In this document: positions 10,755 through 21,218 of the stretch, piece after piece | How positions within the stretch are numbered: position 1 is the first letter of the stretch | How the letters are laid out: each line of letters begins with the position of its first letter | Origin: Escherichia coli | GTDB taxonomy: Bacteria > Pseudomonadota > Gammaproteobacteria > Enterobacterales > Enterobacteriaceae | Direction: 5' to 3' (one strand) | DNA: 64,000 nt | NCBI RefSeq assembly: GCF_001677475.2 | Contig: NZ_CP012498.1 | Notes under the pieces: model-generated | The model's input: only the letters and a program-made list of their open reading frames with translations | What the model was told of the DNA's origin: nothing | The model's database searches: none | Position numbers and translations under genes: made by a program

Positions 10755-10888
10755 CTGGCCCTGAAGTTGTATATCAGCCGGCAATGCCGGCGGGATTTCT
10801 GTATTCAAAATCTGCCTGTAAAACGAGTGCCCTGTGCGTGAAAAGGGATGGGCGGTAGCGTGCCAGAACATGTCGGGAGGAATATTCC

Positions 10889-11110
10889 GTGAGTGATGAA
10901 GCCGATGAAGCATATTCAGTGACAGAACAACTGACCATGACAGGAATAAACCGGATACGCCAGAAAATAAATGCTCATGGTATTCCTGTTTATCTCTGTG
11001 AAGCATGCGGAAATCCTGTTCCTGAAGCCCGGAGGAAAATATTTCCCGGTGTGACGTTGTGCGTTGAATGTCAGGCGTATCAGGAAAAGCAGAGAAAACA
11101 TTATGCATAA
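10889..11110 (+). CDS. traR: TraR (DksA/TraR-family C4 zinc finger)
   Basis: 73 aa with CEACGNPVPEARRKIFPGVTLCVECQ motif; GTG start after gggagg RBS. Confidence 0.85.
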   Translation: MSDEADEAYSVTEQLTMTGINRIRQKINAHGIPVYLCEACGNPVPEARRKIFPGVTLCVECQAYQEKQRKHYA

Positions 11111-11269
11111 GTCAGTCGCAGGAAATATTGATTTAATTCCGGATGAGAATGCGCGGATATTCAGAAAACAGAAATATTTGTATATGCGTCGGGAAATAGC
11201 GCGTTAATTACAGATGTTCCCTTCATGGTTACCGCATTTCTCGTTTTATTTTTCAACTAAGGAATTCAT

Positions 11270-13897
11270 GTGAATAATCCACTTGAGGCCGTCACTCAGG
11301 CGGTCAATTCACTGCTGACCGCACTTAAATTACCGGATGAATCAGCAAAGGCCAATGAAGTTCTGGGCGAAATGAGCTTCCCACAGTTCAGCCGTCTGCT
11401 GCCGTACCGTGATTACAACCAGGAGTCCGGTCTGTTCATGAATGACACCACGATGGGCTTTATGCTGGAAGCCATTCCCATCAATGGGGCGAATGAGACC
11501 ATTGTGGAGGCTCTCGATCACATGCTGCGCACCAAACTGCCGCGCGGTATTCCGCTGTGTATCCATCTGATGTCCAGCCAGCTGGTTGGCGAGCGGATTA
11601 AGTACGGGCTGCGTGAGTTCTCCTGGTCAGGTGAACAGGCAGAACGGTTTAACGCCATTACCCGGGCCTATTACATGAAAGCCGCAGAAACACTGTTTCC
11701 GCTGCCGGAAGGGTTGAACCTGCCTCTGACCCTGCGCCATTACCGGGTGTTTATCTCGTACTGTTCTCCCTCGAAGAAAAAAAGCCGGGCCGACATTCTG
11801 GAAATGGAAAACCTGGTGAAAATCATCCGGGCGTCTCTGCAGGGAGCATATATCACCACGCAGACGGTGGATGCGCAGGCTTTCATCGATATTGTCGGGG
11901 AGATGATTAACCATAACCCGGACTCCCTGTACCCGAAAAGACGTCAGCTGGACCCGTATTCTGATCTGAATTATCAGTGTGTGGAGGACAGTTTTGATCT
12001 GAAAGTCCGGGCTGATTACCTGACGCTGGGCCTGCGTGAGAATGGCAGGAACAGCACCGCCCGCATCCTGAATTTCCATCTGGCCCGTAACCCGGAAATC
12101 GCCTTCCTGTGGAACATGGCCGACAACTACAGCAATCTGCTGAACCCGGAACTGTCCATCTCCTGCCCGTTCATCCTGACGCTGACTCTGGTGGTGGAAG
12201 ACCAGGTGAAAACCCACAGCGAAGCCAACCTGAAGTACATGGACCTGGAGAAAAAGTCGAAGACCTCCTATGCCAAATGGTTTCCGTCCGTGGAGAAAGA
12301 GGCGAAGGAGTGGGGGGAACTGCGTCAGCGTCTGGGCTCCGGTCAGTCTTCTGTCGTGTCCTACTTCCTCAACATCACCGCATTCTGCAAGGACAATAAT
12401 GAAACGGCGCTGGAAGTGGAGCAGGACATCCTGAACAGTTTCCGTAAAAACGGTTTTGAGCTGATTTCACCACGCTTTAACCACATGCGCAATTTCCTGA
12501 CCTGCCTGCCCTTTATGGCCGGGAAAGGGCTGTTTAAACAGCTGAAAGAGGCCGGTGTGGTTCAGCGCGCAGAGAGCTTTAATGTGGCCAACCTGATGCC
12601 GTTAGTGGCGGATAACCCCCTGACACCGGCAGGTCTGCTGGCCCCCACCTACCGTAACCAGCTGGCGTTTATCGATATTTTCTTCCGGGGGATGAATAAC
12701 ACCAACTACAACATGGCGGTCTGTGGAACATCCGGGGCCGGTAAGACGGGGCTGATACAGCCACTTATCCGCAGCGTGCTGGACTCCGGGGGCTTTGCCG
12801 TGGTGTTCGACATGGGGGATGGCTACAAGTCCCTGTGTGAGAACATGGGGGGCGTATATCTGGATGGTGAAACCCTGCGCTTTAACCCGTTTGCGAATAT
12901 CACCGATATTGACCAGTCAGCGGAGCGTGTCCGTGACCAGCTGTCGGTGATGGCCAGCCCCAACGGTAACCTGGATGAAGTGCATGAAGGTCTGCTGCTG
13001 CAGGCAGTCAGGGCATCATGGCTGGTCAAAGAGAACAGGGCACGAATTGATGACGTGGTGGATTTCCTGAAAAACGCCAGTGACAGCGAGCAGTATGCTG
13101 AGTCACCGACCATCCGCAGCCGTCTGGACGAAATGATTGTGCTGCTTGACCAGTACACTGCCAACGGCACTTACGGCCGGTATTTTAACTCCGATGAGCC
13201 GTCCCTGCGGGATGATGCCAGAATGGTGGTGCTGGAGCTGGGCGGACTGGAAGACCGTCCGTCCCTGCTGGTTGCGGTGATGTTCAGCCTTGTTATTTAC
13301 ATCGAGAACCGGATGTACCGCACGCCGCGTAACCTCAAGAAACTGAACGTTATTGATGAAGGCTGGCGTCTGCTGGACTTCAAAAATCACAAGGTCGGTG
13401 AGTTTATTGAGAAAGGTTACCGTACCGCCCGTCGTCATACCGGTGCCTATATCACCATCACACAGAACATCGTCGACTTTGACTCTGACAAGGCGTCCAG
13501 TGCTGCCCGTGCGGCATGGGGTAACTCCTCCTACAAAATTATCCTCAAACAGAGTGCGAAGGAGTTCGCGAAATACAACCAGCTGTATCCGGACCAGTTC
13601 CTGCCACTGCAGCGTGACATGATTGGCAAGTTTGGTGCGGCCAAAGACCAGTGGTTCAGTTCCTTCCTGCTGCAGGTGGAAAACCATTCCTCCTGGCACC
13701 GTCTGTTTGTGGACCCGTTAAGCCGTGCCATGTACAGCTCTGACGGCCCGGATTTTGAGTTTGTGCAGCAGAAGCGTCAGGAGGGCCTGAGTATTCATGA
13801 GGCGGTGTGGCAGCTGGCGTGGAAGAAGTCAGGGCCGGAGATGGCTTCGCTGGAGGCCTGGCTGGAAGAACATGAGAAATACAGGAGTGTTGCATGA
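11270..13897 (+). CDS. traC: TraC, VirB4-like ATPase
   Basis: 875 aa; Walker A GTSGAGKT; near-identical to F TraC as recalled. Confidence 0.95.
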   Translation: MNNPLEAVTQAVNSLLTALKLPDESAKANEVLGEMSFPQFSRLLPYRDYNQESGLFMNDTTMGFMLEAIPINGANETIVEALDHMLRTKLPRGIPLCIHLMSSQLVGERIKYGLREFSWSGEQAERFNAITRAYYMKAAETLFPLPEGLNLPLTLRHYRVFISYCSPSKKKSRADILEMENLVKIIRASLQGAYITTQTVDAQAFIDIVGEMINHNPDSLYPKRRQLDPYSDLNYQCVEDSFDLKVRADYLTLGLRENGRNSTARILNFHLARNPEIAFLWNMADNYSNLLNPELSISCPFILTLTLVVEDQVKTHSEANLKYMDLEKKSKTSYAKWFPSVEKEAKEWGELRQRLGSGQSSVVSYFLNITAFCKDNNETALEVEQDILNSFRKNGFELISPRFNHMRNFLTCLPFMAGKGLFKQLKEAGVVQRAESFNVANLMPLVADNPLTPAGLLAPTYRNQLAFIDIFFRGMNNTNYNMAVCGTSGAGKTGLIQPLIRSVLDSGGFAVVFDMGDGYKSLCENMGGVYLDGETLRFNPFANITDIDQSAERVRDQLSVMASPNGNLDEVHEGLLLQAVRASWLVKENRARIDDVVDFLKNASDSEQYAESPTIRSRLDEMIVLLDQYTANGTYGRYFNSDEPSLRDDARMVVLELGGLEDRPSLLVAVMFSLVIYIENRMYRTPRNLKKLNVIDEGWRLLDFKNHKVGEFIEKGYRTARRHTGAYITITQNIVDFDSDKASSAARAAWGNSSYKIILKQSAKEFAKYNQLYPDQFLPLQRDMIGKFGAAKDQWFSSFLLQVENHSSWHRLFVDPLSRAMYSSDGPDFEFVQQKRQEGLSIHEAVWQLAWKKSGPEMASLEAWLEEHEKYRSVA

Positions 13898-14280
13898 CCA
13901 CAACGCAAAAAACGACTGATGTTACAGCCCGTCAACGCTGCCACTGGTGGTGGATGGTGCCGGGATGCCTGGCAATGGTGTTACTGAACGCAGCCGTCAG
14001 TTACGCCATTGTCAGACTGAACACGCCGGTAACCGTCGCCTTCAACATGAAACAGACTGTGGATGCGTTTTTTGACAGCGCCAGCCAGAAAAAACTGTCA
14101 GAAGCGCAGTCGAAGGCGCTGGCTGACCGTTTTAACGCGGCACTGGAGGCCAGTCTGCAGACGTGGCAGCAGAAGCACCACGCTGTCATTCTGGTGTCGC
14201 CTGCCGTGGTACAGGGGGTACCGGATATCACCCGTGAAATCCAGCAGGATATTGCCCGGCGAATGAGGGCAGAACCATGA
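13894..14280 (+). CDS. trbI: TrbI
   Basis: 128 aa, overlaps traC stop, F TrbI-like. Confidence 0.85.
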   Translation: MTTTQKTTDVTARQRCHWWWMVPGCLAMVLLNAAVSYAIVRLNTPVTVAFNMKQTVDAFFDSASQKKLSEAQSKALADRFNAALEASLQTWQQKHHAVILVSPAVVQGVPDITREIQQDIARRMRAEP

Positions 14281-14909
14281 AATGCCGGGGGCTGATTGCC
14301 CTGCTGATATGGGGGCAGAGTGTGGCTGCAGCCGATCTTGGCACCTGGGGGGATTTGTGGCCGGTAAAGGAGCCGGACATGCTGACGGTGATCATGCAGC
14401 GCCTGACAGCTCTGGAGCAGTCCGGTGAGATGGGCCGGAAAATGGATGCGTTTAAGGAGCGGGTTATCCGCAACAGCCTGCGGCCCCCTGCCGTGCCCGG
14501 TATCGGTAGGACGGAGAAATACAGCAGCCGGCTGTTTGACCCGTCGGTCAGACTGGCTGCGGATATCCGGGATAACGAAGGTCGTATCTTTGCCCGCCAG
14601 GGGGAGGTGATGAACCCGCTGCAGTATGTGCCTTTCAACCAGACGCTGTATTTCATCAACGGTGATGATCCTGAGCAGATTGAATGGATGAACCGCCAGA
14701 CGCCTCCCACGCTGGAAAGCAAAATTATCCTGGTGCAGGGCAGTATCCCGGAGATGCAGAAAGCTCTGGACAGTCGTGTTTACTTTGACCAGAACGGTGT
14801 GATTTGTCAGCGCCTCGGCATCGATCAGGTTCCGGCACGGGTGAGCGCGGTCCCCGGCGATCGCTTCCTGAAGGTGGAATTTATTCCGGTCGGGGAGGGA
14901 GGGAAATGA
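14277..14909 (+). CDS. traW: TraW
   Basis: 210 aa with signal peptide, F TraW-like. Confidence 0.9.
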   Translation: MKCRGLIALLIWGQSVAAADLGTWGDLWPVKEPDMLTVIMQRLTALEQSGEMGRKMDAFKERVIRNSLRPPAVPGIGRTEKYSSRLFDPSVRLAADIRDNEGRIFARQGEVMNPLQYVPFNQTLYFINGDDPEQIEWMNRQTPPTLESKIILVQGSIPEMQKALDSRVYFDQNGVICQRLGIDQVPARVSAVPGDRFLKVEFIPVGEGGK

Positions 14910-15898
14910 AACGGTGTATGTGGTTGTGTGTGGTTTTGCTGCTGACTGGCCATGTTCCCGTAGCGTCAGCGGACGCTGCCTGTGAGGGGCGGTTTGTTAA
15001 CCCGATCACGGATATTTGCTGGAGCTGCATTTTCCCTCTCTCGTTGGGCAGCACAAAAGTGAGCCAGGGGAAGGTGCCGGATACCGCAAACCCGTCAATG
15101 CCGATCCAGTTCTGCCCGGCGCCTCCCCCTGTTTTTAAACGTATCGGGCTGGCTATTGGTTACTGGGAGCCGATGGCCCTGACGGATGTCACCCGCTCAC
15201 CGGGATGCATGGTTAATCTGGGGTTCAGTCTGCCGGAATTCGGGAAAACGGCACAGGGTACGGCTAAAAAAGAAGATAAACAGGTGAACGGGGCGTTCTA
15301 TCACGTTCACTGGTACAAATACCCGCTGACGTACTGGCTGAATATCATCACGTCGCTGGGGTGCCTGGAAGGCGGAGACCTGGATATTGCCTATCTGTCA
15401 GAAATTGACCCTACCTGGACGGACAGCAGCCTGACCACCATCCTCAACCCGGAGGCGGTCATCTTTGCAAATCCGATAGCACAGGGAGCCTGTGCGGCGG
15501 ATGCCATTGCCAGTGCCTTTAACAAGCCGCTGGATATTCTGTTCTGGTGTGCCGGTTCGCAGGGCAGTATGTATCCGTTTAATGGCTGGGTGAGCAATGA
15601 ATCCAGCCCGTTGCAGTCATCCCTGCTGGTCAGTGAGCGGATGGCATTTAAGCTCCACCGTCAGGGCATGATAATGAACACTATCGGCGTGGATGTGGCC
15701 GTCTGTTATGAATATCCGTCTCCCATACTTCCCAAAGCGCGCTGGCGTTATCAGATGGTAAATATGTACCCGGACAGCGGACAGTGCCATCCGTTCGGAC
15801 GCAGTGTGATGCGCTGGGAGACGGGAAAAAATCCGCCCAACACAAAGAAAAACTTCGGCTACCTGATGTGGCGTAAACGTAACTGTGTGTTCCTGTAA
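14906..15898 (+). CDS. traU: TraU
   Basis: 330 aa from internal ATG overlapping traW stop; signal peptide and Cys-rich F TraU pattern. Confidence 0.9.
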   Translation: MKRCMWLCVVLLLTGHVPVASADAACEGRFVNPITDICWSCIFPLSLGSTKVSQGKVPDTANPSMPIQFCPAPPPVFKRIGLAIGYWEPMALTDVTRSPGCMVNLGFSLPEFGKTAQGTAKKEDKQVNGAFYHVHWYKYPLTYWLNIITSLGCLEGGDLDIAYLSEIDPTWTDSSLTTILNPEAVIFANPIAQGACAADAIASAFNKPLDILFWCAGSQGSMYPFNGWVSNESSPLQSSLLVSERMAFKLHRQGMIMNTIGVDVAVCYEYPSPILPKARWRYQMVNMYPDSGQCHPFGRSVMRWETGKNPPNTKKNFGYLMWRKRNCVFL

Positions 15899-15928
15899 GT
15901 CATGTTAATCAATAAGAGGATCGATTAT

Positions 15929-16240
15929 ATGAAGGTGTGGGTAATAAGAAATAAACACGCAGATGACTTCAGAAAAATATGTCTTCTGTTTATCCGGTTA
16001 ACGAGCAATGTATTAAAGCTGTTTCCTTTTGCTATGGTGATGTGCTCTGTGGTGTGGTTTTATTTTTGCCCTGAATATATTCTCTCAGACATTGTTAATG
16101 ACTGGCATGATGCAGATACACTGGAAAAAATAGGGCTTGTCAGACTGTATCTGAAGACGTCTTTTATTCTTACAGTGGTGGGCGTTGTTATTTCATATCT
16201 TTCTTCAGATAAGTTTATACCCGTTAAGCGCAGGAAATGA
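15929..16240 (+). CDS. hypothetical small membrane protein (AT-rich insertion in tra operon)
   Basis: ORF 15902..16240, likely start ATG 15929 after aagagga; two predicted TM segments; AT-rich compared with flanking tra genes. Confidence 0.45.
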   Translation: MKVWVIRNKHADDFRKICLLFIRLTSNVLKLFPFAMVMCSVVWFYFCPEYILSDIVNDWHDADTLEKIGLVRLYLKTSFILTVVGVVISYLSSDKFIPVKRRK

Positions 16241-16302
16241 GTCTGATGGTTATCATAAATATAACAGTGTGTGCATGTGTACAATATAAGTAAAGGTGCG
16301 TT

Positions 16303-16824
16303 ATGGGATTTTTCTCATTTTTACGAAAGATAAGTAATAAAGAAAAAGGGGTTTTTATCAGTGAGGAGCATTGGTTCTCACTGCTGGAAAAGGTGAGTGC
16401 TTTTGATGAGGTCAGACAATGGGCTGAAAGTAATGGTGGGGCATATTATCCTCTGCTGGAGTGTCGTCGGCTTACAGACAGTGAAGATGTCAGGAAATCA
16501 GAGGATATACTGAACCGACTGGAGTTTATCGACAGAAGGTTTCGGGAATTCATCAGCATTATGTCTGAACATATTAATAATGATAAAACTAAATCCATGT
16601 GGGAGAGGAATTTGTCTGAATATCCACCGAAAAAAATATACCAGGTCCGGAGAGAGGGAGAACATCTGTCATTAAAAAATTACGGTGATGATATTACTCT
16701 GAACAGAGATACCGCCGTGGCTACGGTGCAGATTACTGTCAGCAGAAAATGCATTACTCAGGAAGAAATGGATGAATTATATGCATTGTCTGAGAGACTG
16801 AAAGAAAAGTGCGCCGGTAATTAA
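16303..16824 (+). CDS. hypothetical protein (AT-rich insertion in tra operon)
   Basis: 173-aa ORF, no recognised domain; AT-rich; located between traU and trbC. Confidence 0.5.
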   Translation: MGFFSFLRKISNKEKGVFISEEHWFSLLEKVSAFDEVRQWAESNGGAYYPLLECRRLTDSEDVRKSEDILNRLEFIDRRFREFISIMSEHINNDKTKSMWERNLSEYPPKKIYQVRREGEHLSLKNYGDDITLNRDTAVATVQITVSRKCITQEEMDELYALSERLKEKCAGN

Positions 16825-16850
16825 ATTATATCACTGTGCCGGGAGATGAT

Positions 16851-17489
16851 ATGAGCCGGAAAATATTTGTACTTTTTGCCCTGACCACAGGACTGTTTAT
16901 TTCTGCCCATGCTTCGGAAAATGTGAATACACCCGAAAACCGCCAGTTCCTGAAGCAGCAGGAAACACTGAGTCAGCAGTTGCGTGAGAAGCCGGACACA
17001 CAACTGCAGGCATGGGCAGAACAGCAGGTCAGGGCGAATCCCCTTCAGCATGCCGATAACCAGTTTCTCGATGAACTGGTCCGTAAACAGCAGGCTGCTC
17101 AGAAAGACAAACCACAGCAGGGGGCCGTGTATTTTGTGTCGTTCTCCATTCCCGAAGAGGGACTGAAACGGATGCTGGGAGAAACCCGGCACTACGGCAT
17201 TCCGGCCACACTGCGGGGCATGGTGAACAATGACCTGAAGACTACCGCTGAAGCCGTGTTGTCTCTGGTAAAAGATGGCGCGACCGATGGTGTTCAGATC
17301 GACCCGACGTTGTTTTCACAGTACGGCATCCGCAGCGTGCCGGCCCTGGTGGTGTTCTGCAGCCAGGGGCACGACATCATCCGGGGAAATCTGCGCGTCA
17401 GGCAGGCGCTGGAAAAAGTGGCCGCCACGGGAGACTGCCGGCAGGTGGCTCAGGGACTGCTGGACGGCACCGGGGATAAGCCGCAATGA
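16851..17489 (+). CDS. trbC: TrbC
   Basis: F TrbC-like; start ATG 16851 after gggaga RBS; signal peptide. Confidence 0.85.
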   Translation: MSRKIFVLFALTTGLFISAHASENVNTPENRQFLKQQETLSQQLREKPDTQLQAWAEQQVRANPLQHADNQFLDELVRKQQAAQKDKPQQGAVYFVSFSIPEEGLKRMLGETRHYGIPATLRGMVNNDLKTTAEAVLSLVKDGATDGVQIDPTLFSQYGIRSVPALVVFCSQGHDIIRGNLRVRQALEKVAATGDCRQVAQGLLDGTGDKPQ

Positions 17490-17866
17490 GTTTACCTGCC
17501 GGGTATTACCGGATTGACCCGGACATCCGTGCACTGGTGGCCGCGATGAACGTTCACGGATTCCGTACATATGCCTCCTGTCAGGGACATGGTTTCCCGG
17601 TCACAAAGCTGCTGCCTTATATTGCCTTTGCCTGTCCGGTAAAAATGGCTGCCCTTCTTGAGCAGCGACTGCGGCAGGATGCTGAATCAGCAATACCACG
17701 TCTGACATGGGGATGGTCGGTGAAGGGGGCTTTTAACAGTGACCTTCAGCTCTGTTTCCGGCTTCAGCCGGAAGGTCCTCATTGCTGGTATCACCGGTAC
17801 TGTCGTCGTTCACTGCGTGCAGACTTCAGGACGCTGATATTGTTACTGAAGTCGTTATCTGAGTAG
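17486..17866 (+). CDS. hypothetical protein between trbC and traN
   Basis: 126-aa ORF overlapping trbC stop (ATGA); backbone-like GC; no recognised domain. Confidence 0.4.
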   Translation: MSLPAGYYRIDPDIRALVAAMNVHGFRTYASCQGHGFPVTKLLPYIAFACPVKMAALLEQRLRQDAESAIPRLTWGWSVKGAFNSDLQLCFRLQPEGPHCWYHRYCRRSLRADFRTLILLLKSLSE

Positions 17867-17946
17867 TAATCCCGGTACGCCAGGAAGCTCCATACACCAA
17901 AATCAACACCGTTCTGAAGTTGAGATGACATCACTTCATTCTCCAT

Positions 17947-19863
17947 TTGGTTCAGATTATGAAAGAAAAGATAAATACCTTTTTCAGGTCTCTGAATTTT
18001 AATGACTCCGGAAAACCGTGCAATATTTGTGCAATTGTTTTTTTTCTGAGCTTTTCTGTGTTTGCAGACAGCAACAGTGATTACCGGGCAGGTTCCGATT
18101 TTGCCCGTCAGATCCAGGGGCAGGGTATTGGCAGTATTCAGAATTTTAATCCGCAGGAGAGTATCCCGGGGTATAACGCGAACCCGGATGAGACGCAGTA
18201 TTACGGTGGGGTGACTGCCGGCGGGGATGGCGGTCTGAAAAATAACGGCACCACACAATGGGCAACCAGTGAAACCGGCAAAACCATCACAGAATCCTTC
18301 ATGAACAAGCCGAAAGACATTCTGTCACCGGATGCGCCGTTTATTCAGACCGGCAGGGATGTGGTGAACCGGGCTGACAGCATCGTGGGAAACACCGGAC
18401 AGCAGTGCAGTGCGCAACAGATAAACCGCAGTGAATTCACCAACTATACCTGTGAGCGGGATACGATGGTTGAGGAATATTGTTCCAGAACCGCCAGTAT
18501 CACAGGGGACTGGAAATACACGGATGAATATCGTGAGGTGACGATACCGCACTCACAGTTCCGGTTCAGTATGAACGGGCTGAAACTGGCGTTCAGTGTC
18601 ACGGCTCCGGTAACCGGTACAGTGGAAAGTGCATCATTGTCTGTATACGCCGCTTTTTTCTTCCTGAACTCTCGTTATACCTTCATGAATTCAACGTTCA
18701 ATGTTGGCCTGGCAAACGGGCAGTCGGGGACTTTCCCTCTGTCCGGGGCAACAGGTTTGCAGGTGACACAGGGGCAGGTACTGACCGGCAGTGGCTGTAC
18801 TGCTAACGGTAACTGCCTTTCTGGCGGGAACGGTGACCAACAGGTTTATGAGAAACTGGCCAGCGGCGCCTCCACCTTTACGCTGAAACTCAGGATGAAG
18901 GTCCGTGATAAAGAATGGGTTCCACGAGTGGAGTGGGTGGAGAGTTGTCCGTTTAATAAAGCGGATGGCGTGCTGAAAGGCACTGAGTGTTCAGAGCCGG
19001 GTGGTACGAAAACAGGTGTGATGGAAGGTAAACCCTGGAGCATCACACAGGCATGCTGGGCATACCGGGATAAATATGTCACGCAGTCGGCAGATAATGG
19101 CACCTGTCAGAAATATGTCGATAATCCGGCCTGTACGCTGGCCTCACGTCAGTGCGCGTTTTATTCCGATGAGGGAAGCTGTCTGCATGAGTATGCCACA
19201 TACTCCTGCGAGTCCAGAACATCCGGGAAGGTGATGGTCTGTGGTGGTGATGTCTTCTGTCTCGATGGTGAATGTGATAAGGCGCAGAGCGGAAAAAACA
19301 GTGATTTTGGTGAGGCCGTTTCACAGCTGGCGGCACTGGCCGCCGCAGGTAAGGATGTTGCCGCCCTGAATGGTGTGGATGTCAGGGCTTTCACGGGCGA
19401 GGCGAAATTCTGCCGTAAGGCTGCAGCCGGCTTCAGTAACTGCTGTAAGGATGGCGGCTGGGGGCAGGATGTGGGGCTGGCTGAATGTAACAGTGAAGAA
19501 AAGGCGCTGGGAAAGGCGAAGGACAACAAACTGACGGTGAGTGTGGGTGAGTTCTGCTCCCGGAAAGTGCTGGGTGTCTGTCTGCAGAAAAAGCGCAGTT
19601 ACTGCCAGTTTGATTCGAAGCTGGCGCAGATAGTCCAGCAGCAGGGGCGCAACGGACAGTTGCGTATTGGTTTTGGCAGCGCAAAAAGTCCTGACTGCCG
19701 GGGGATCACCGTGGATGAACTGCAGCGTATTAAGTTCGACCAGCTGGACTTCACTAACTTCTACGAAGACCTGATGAATAACCAGAAAATCCCGGATAAT
19801 GGTGCGCTGACCGAAAAAGTGAAAGAGCAGATTGCCGGTCAGCTGAAACAGGTGGGGCAGTAA
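17947..19863 (+). CDS. traN: TraN, outer-membrane mating-pair stabilisation protein
   Basis: Conserved N-terminal (DSNSDYRAGSDF...) and Cys-rich C-terminal regions match F TraN as recalled; central region divergent; start uncertain (17947 or 17959). Confidence 0.9.
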   Translation: MVQIMKEKINTFFRSLNFNDSGKPCNICAIVFFLSFSVFADSNSDYRAGSDFARQIQGQGIGSIQNFNPQESIPGYNANPDETQYYGGVTAGGDGGLKNNGTTQWATSETGKTITESFMNKPKDILSPDAPFIQTGRDVVNRADSIVGNTGQQCSAQQINRSEFTNYTCERDTMVEEYCSRTASITGDWKYTDEYREVTIPHSQFRFSMNGLKLAFSVTAPVTGTVESASLSVYAAFFFLNSRYTFMNSTFNVGLANGQSGTFPLSGATGLQVTQGQVLTGSGCTANGNCLSGGNGDQQVYEKLASGASTFTLKLRMKVRDKEWVPRVEWVESCPFNKADGVLKGTECSEPGGTKTGVMEGKPWSITQACWAYRDKYVTQSADNGTCQKYVDNPACTLASRQCAFYSDEGSCLHEYATYSCESRTSGKVMVCGGDVFCLDGECDKAQSGKNSDFGEAVSQLAALAAAGKDVAALNGVDVRAFTGEAKFCRKAAAGFSNCCKDGGWGQDVGLAECNSEEKALGKAKDNKLTVSVGEFCSRKVLGVCLQKKRSYCQFDSKLAQIVQQQGRNGQLRIGFGSAKSPDCRGITVDELQRIKFDQLDFTNFYEDLMNNQKIPDNGALTEKVKEQIAGQLKQVGQ

Positions 19864-19876
19864 GGTCGGGAAAATA

Positions 19877-20134
19877 ATGAAAGTCATATTCACGTCGAAT
19901 CGTCTTGTTGATTTTCTTATCCGGCTTGTTATTACAGCAATTGTCATTTCCCCGGTAATTATCTGGTCATGGAATACGGTAAAAGAAACCACGGTGGGCG
20001 GGATACTTGCTGCTGCTTTCGTTATTCTTTACTCCGGTGAGCTCCTGTTTATTCTGTATTTTTGTTTTTCTGCACTGGCTGACCTGCAGAAACCTGATGA
20101 AAGAAAAAGTGATGAAAGGAATGAAGATGAATAA
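19877..20134 (+). CDS. trbE: TrbE
   Basis: 85-aa membrane protein, position and size as F TrbE. Confidence 0.7.
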   Translation: MKVIFTSNRLVDFLIRLVITAIVISPVIIWSWNTVKETTVGGILAAAFVILYSGELLFILYFCFSALADLQKPDERKSDERNEDE

Positions 20135-20870
20135 AGCATTACTGCCACTGTTACTCTGCTGCTTTATTTTTCCGGCGTCAGGAAAAGATGCAGGCTGGCA
20201 GTGGTATAACGAGAAAATAAATCCGAAGGAAAAAGAAAATAAACCAGTCCCTGCGGCTCCCCGTCAGGAGCCGGATATTATGCAGAAACTGACTGCGCTG
20301 CAGACGGCAACAAAGCGGGCGCTGTACGAAGCCATTCTGTATCCCGGCGTGGATAATTTTGTGAAATATTTCCGGCTGCAGAATTACTGGACTCAGCAGG
20401 CCGGGCTTTTCACCATGAGTGCCAGAAAGGCCATGCTGGCACATCCCGAACTGGACTATAACCTGCAGTACAGCCATTACAACGGTACGGTACGGAACCA
20501 GCTGGCGGCAGACCAGGCGCAGCAGCGACAGGCCATTGCCAGACTGGCAGAGCATTACGGCATCATGTTTTTTTACCGTGGGCAGGACCCCATCGACGGG
20601 CAACTGGCGCAGGTCATTAATGGCTTCCGGGATACGTATGGTCTGAGTGTTATTCCCGTTTCCGTGGATGGCGTGATTAATCCGCTGTTGCCGGATTCCC
20701 GGACTGACCAGGGGCAGGCGCAGCGCCTCGGCGTGAAATATTTCCCGGCCATGATGCTGGTAGACCCGAAACAGGGCAGTGTTCGCCCGTTATCATACGG
20801 CTTTATTTCGCAGGACGACCTGGCAAAACAGTTCCTGAACGTTTCTGAAGACTTTAAACCGAATTTTTAA
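20127..20870 (+). CDS. traF: TraF, thioredoxin-like pilus assembly protein
   Basis: 247 aa from MNKALLPLLLCCF..., near-identical to F TraF as recalled. Confidence 0.9.
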   Translation: MNKALLPLLLCCFIFPASGKDAGWQWYNEKINPKEKENKPVPAAPRQEPDIMQKLTALQTATKRALYEAILYPGVDNFVKYFRLQNYWTQQAGLFTMSARKAMLAHPELDYNLQYSHYNGTVRNQLAADQAQQRQAIARLAEHYGIMFFYRGQDPIDGQLAQVINGFRDTYGLSVIPVSVDGVINPLLPDSRTDQGQAQRLGVKYFPAMMLVDPKQGSVRPLSYGFISQDDLAKQFLNVSEDFKPNF

Positions 20871-20900
20871 CCAAAGGATATATATGCATACAGGGGATTT

Positions 20901-21218
20901 GTGTTTTTTTACAGGTGCCAGCCTGTTTATCGTGGGGGGTATTTCTTTACAGGACCAAATAATAAAGGAGTTTATCTGCTGAGCTCGTTTGTCTTCTTTG
21001 TAGTAAATGTCATAAGTGTATGTGTGCTGCCAGATAATTTCTTGTTTCTTTGTGGTGCGGTTATGAATCAGTGTGCCGTACCGGTTGTTTCAATGGCAGT
21101 CAGTACCATGCCGGTTATCACGAAGTTTGACAGTTTCAGAAGGATGTTTGTTTGTATTATGTTGTCAGCCATATGGTCTGGAGTGATGTGGTTTTTTATT
21201 ATTTCATTAGTGAAATGA
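20901..21218 (+). CDS. trbA: TrbA-like membrane protein (start uncertain, GTG)
   Basis: Position after traF; hydrophobic protein; start codon choice uncertain. Confidence 0.5.
   Translation: MFFYRCQPVYRGGYFFTGPNNKGVYLLSSFVFFVVNVISVCVLPDNFLFLCGAVMNQCAVPVVSMAVSTMPVITKFDSFRRMFVCIMLSAIWSGVMWFFIISLVK

Noticed and set aside
11627..12217. 196-aa minus-strand ORF inside traC
   Set aside because: Antisense to a highly conserved traC segment
19321..19992. 223-aa minus-strand ORF inside traN
   Set aside because: Antisense to conserved traN C-terminal coding sequence
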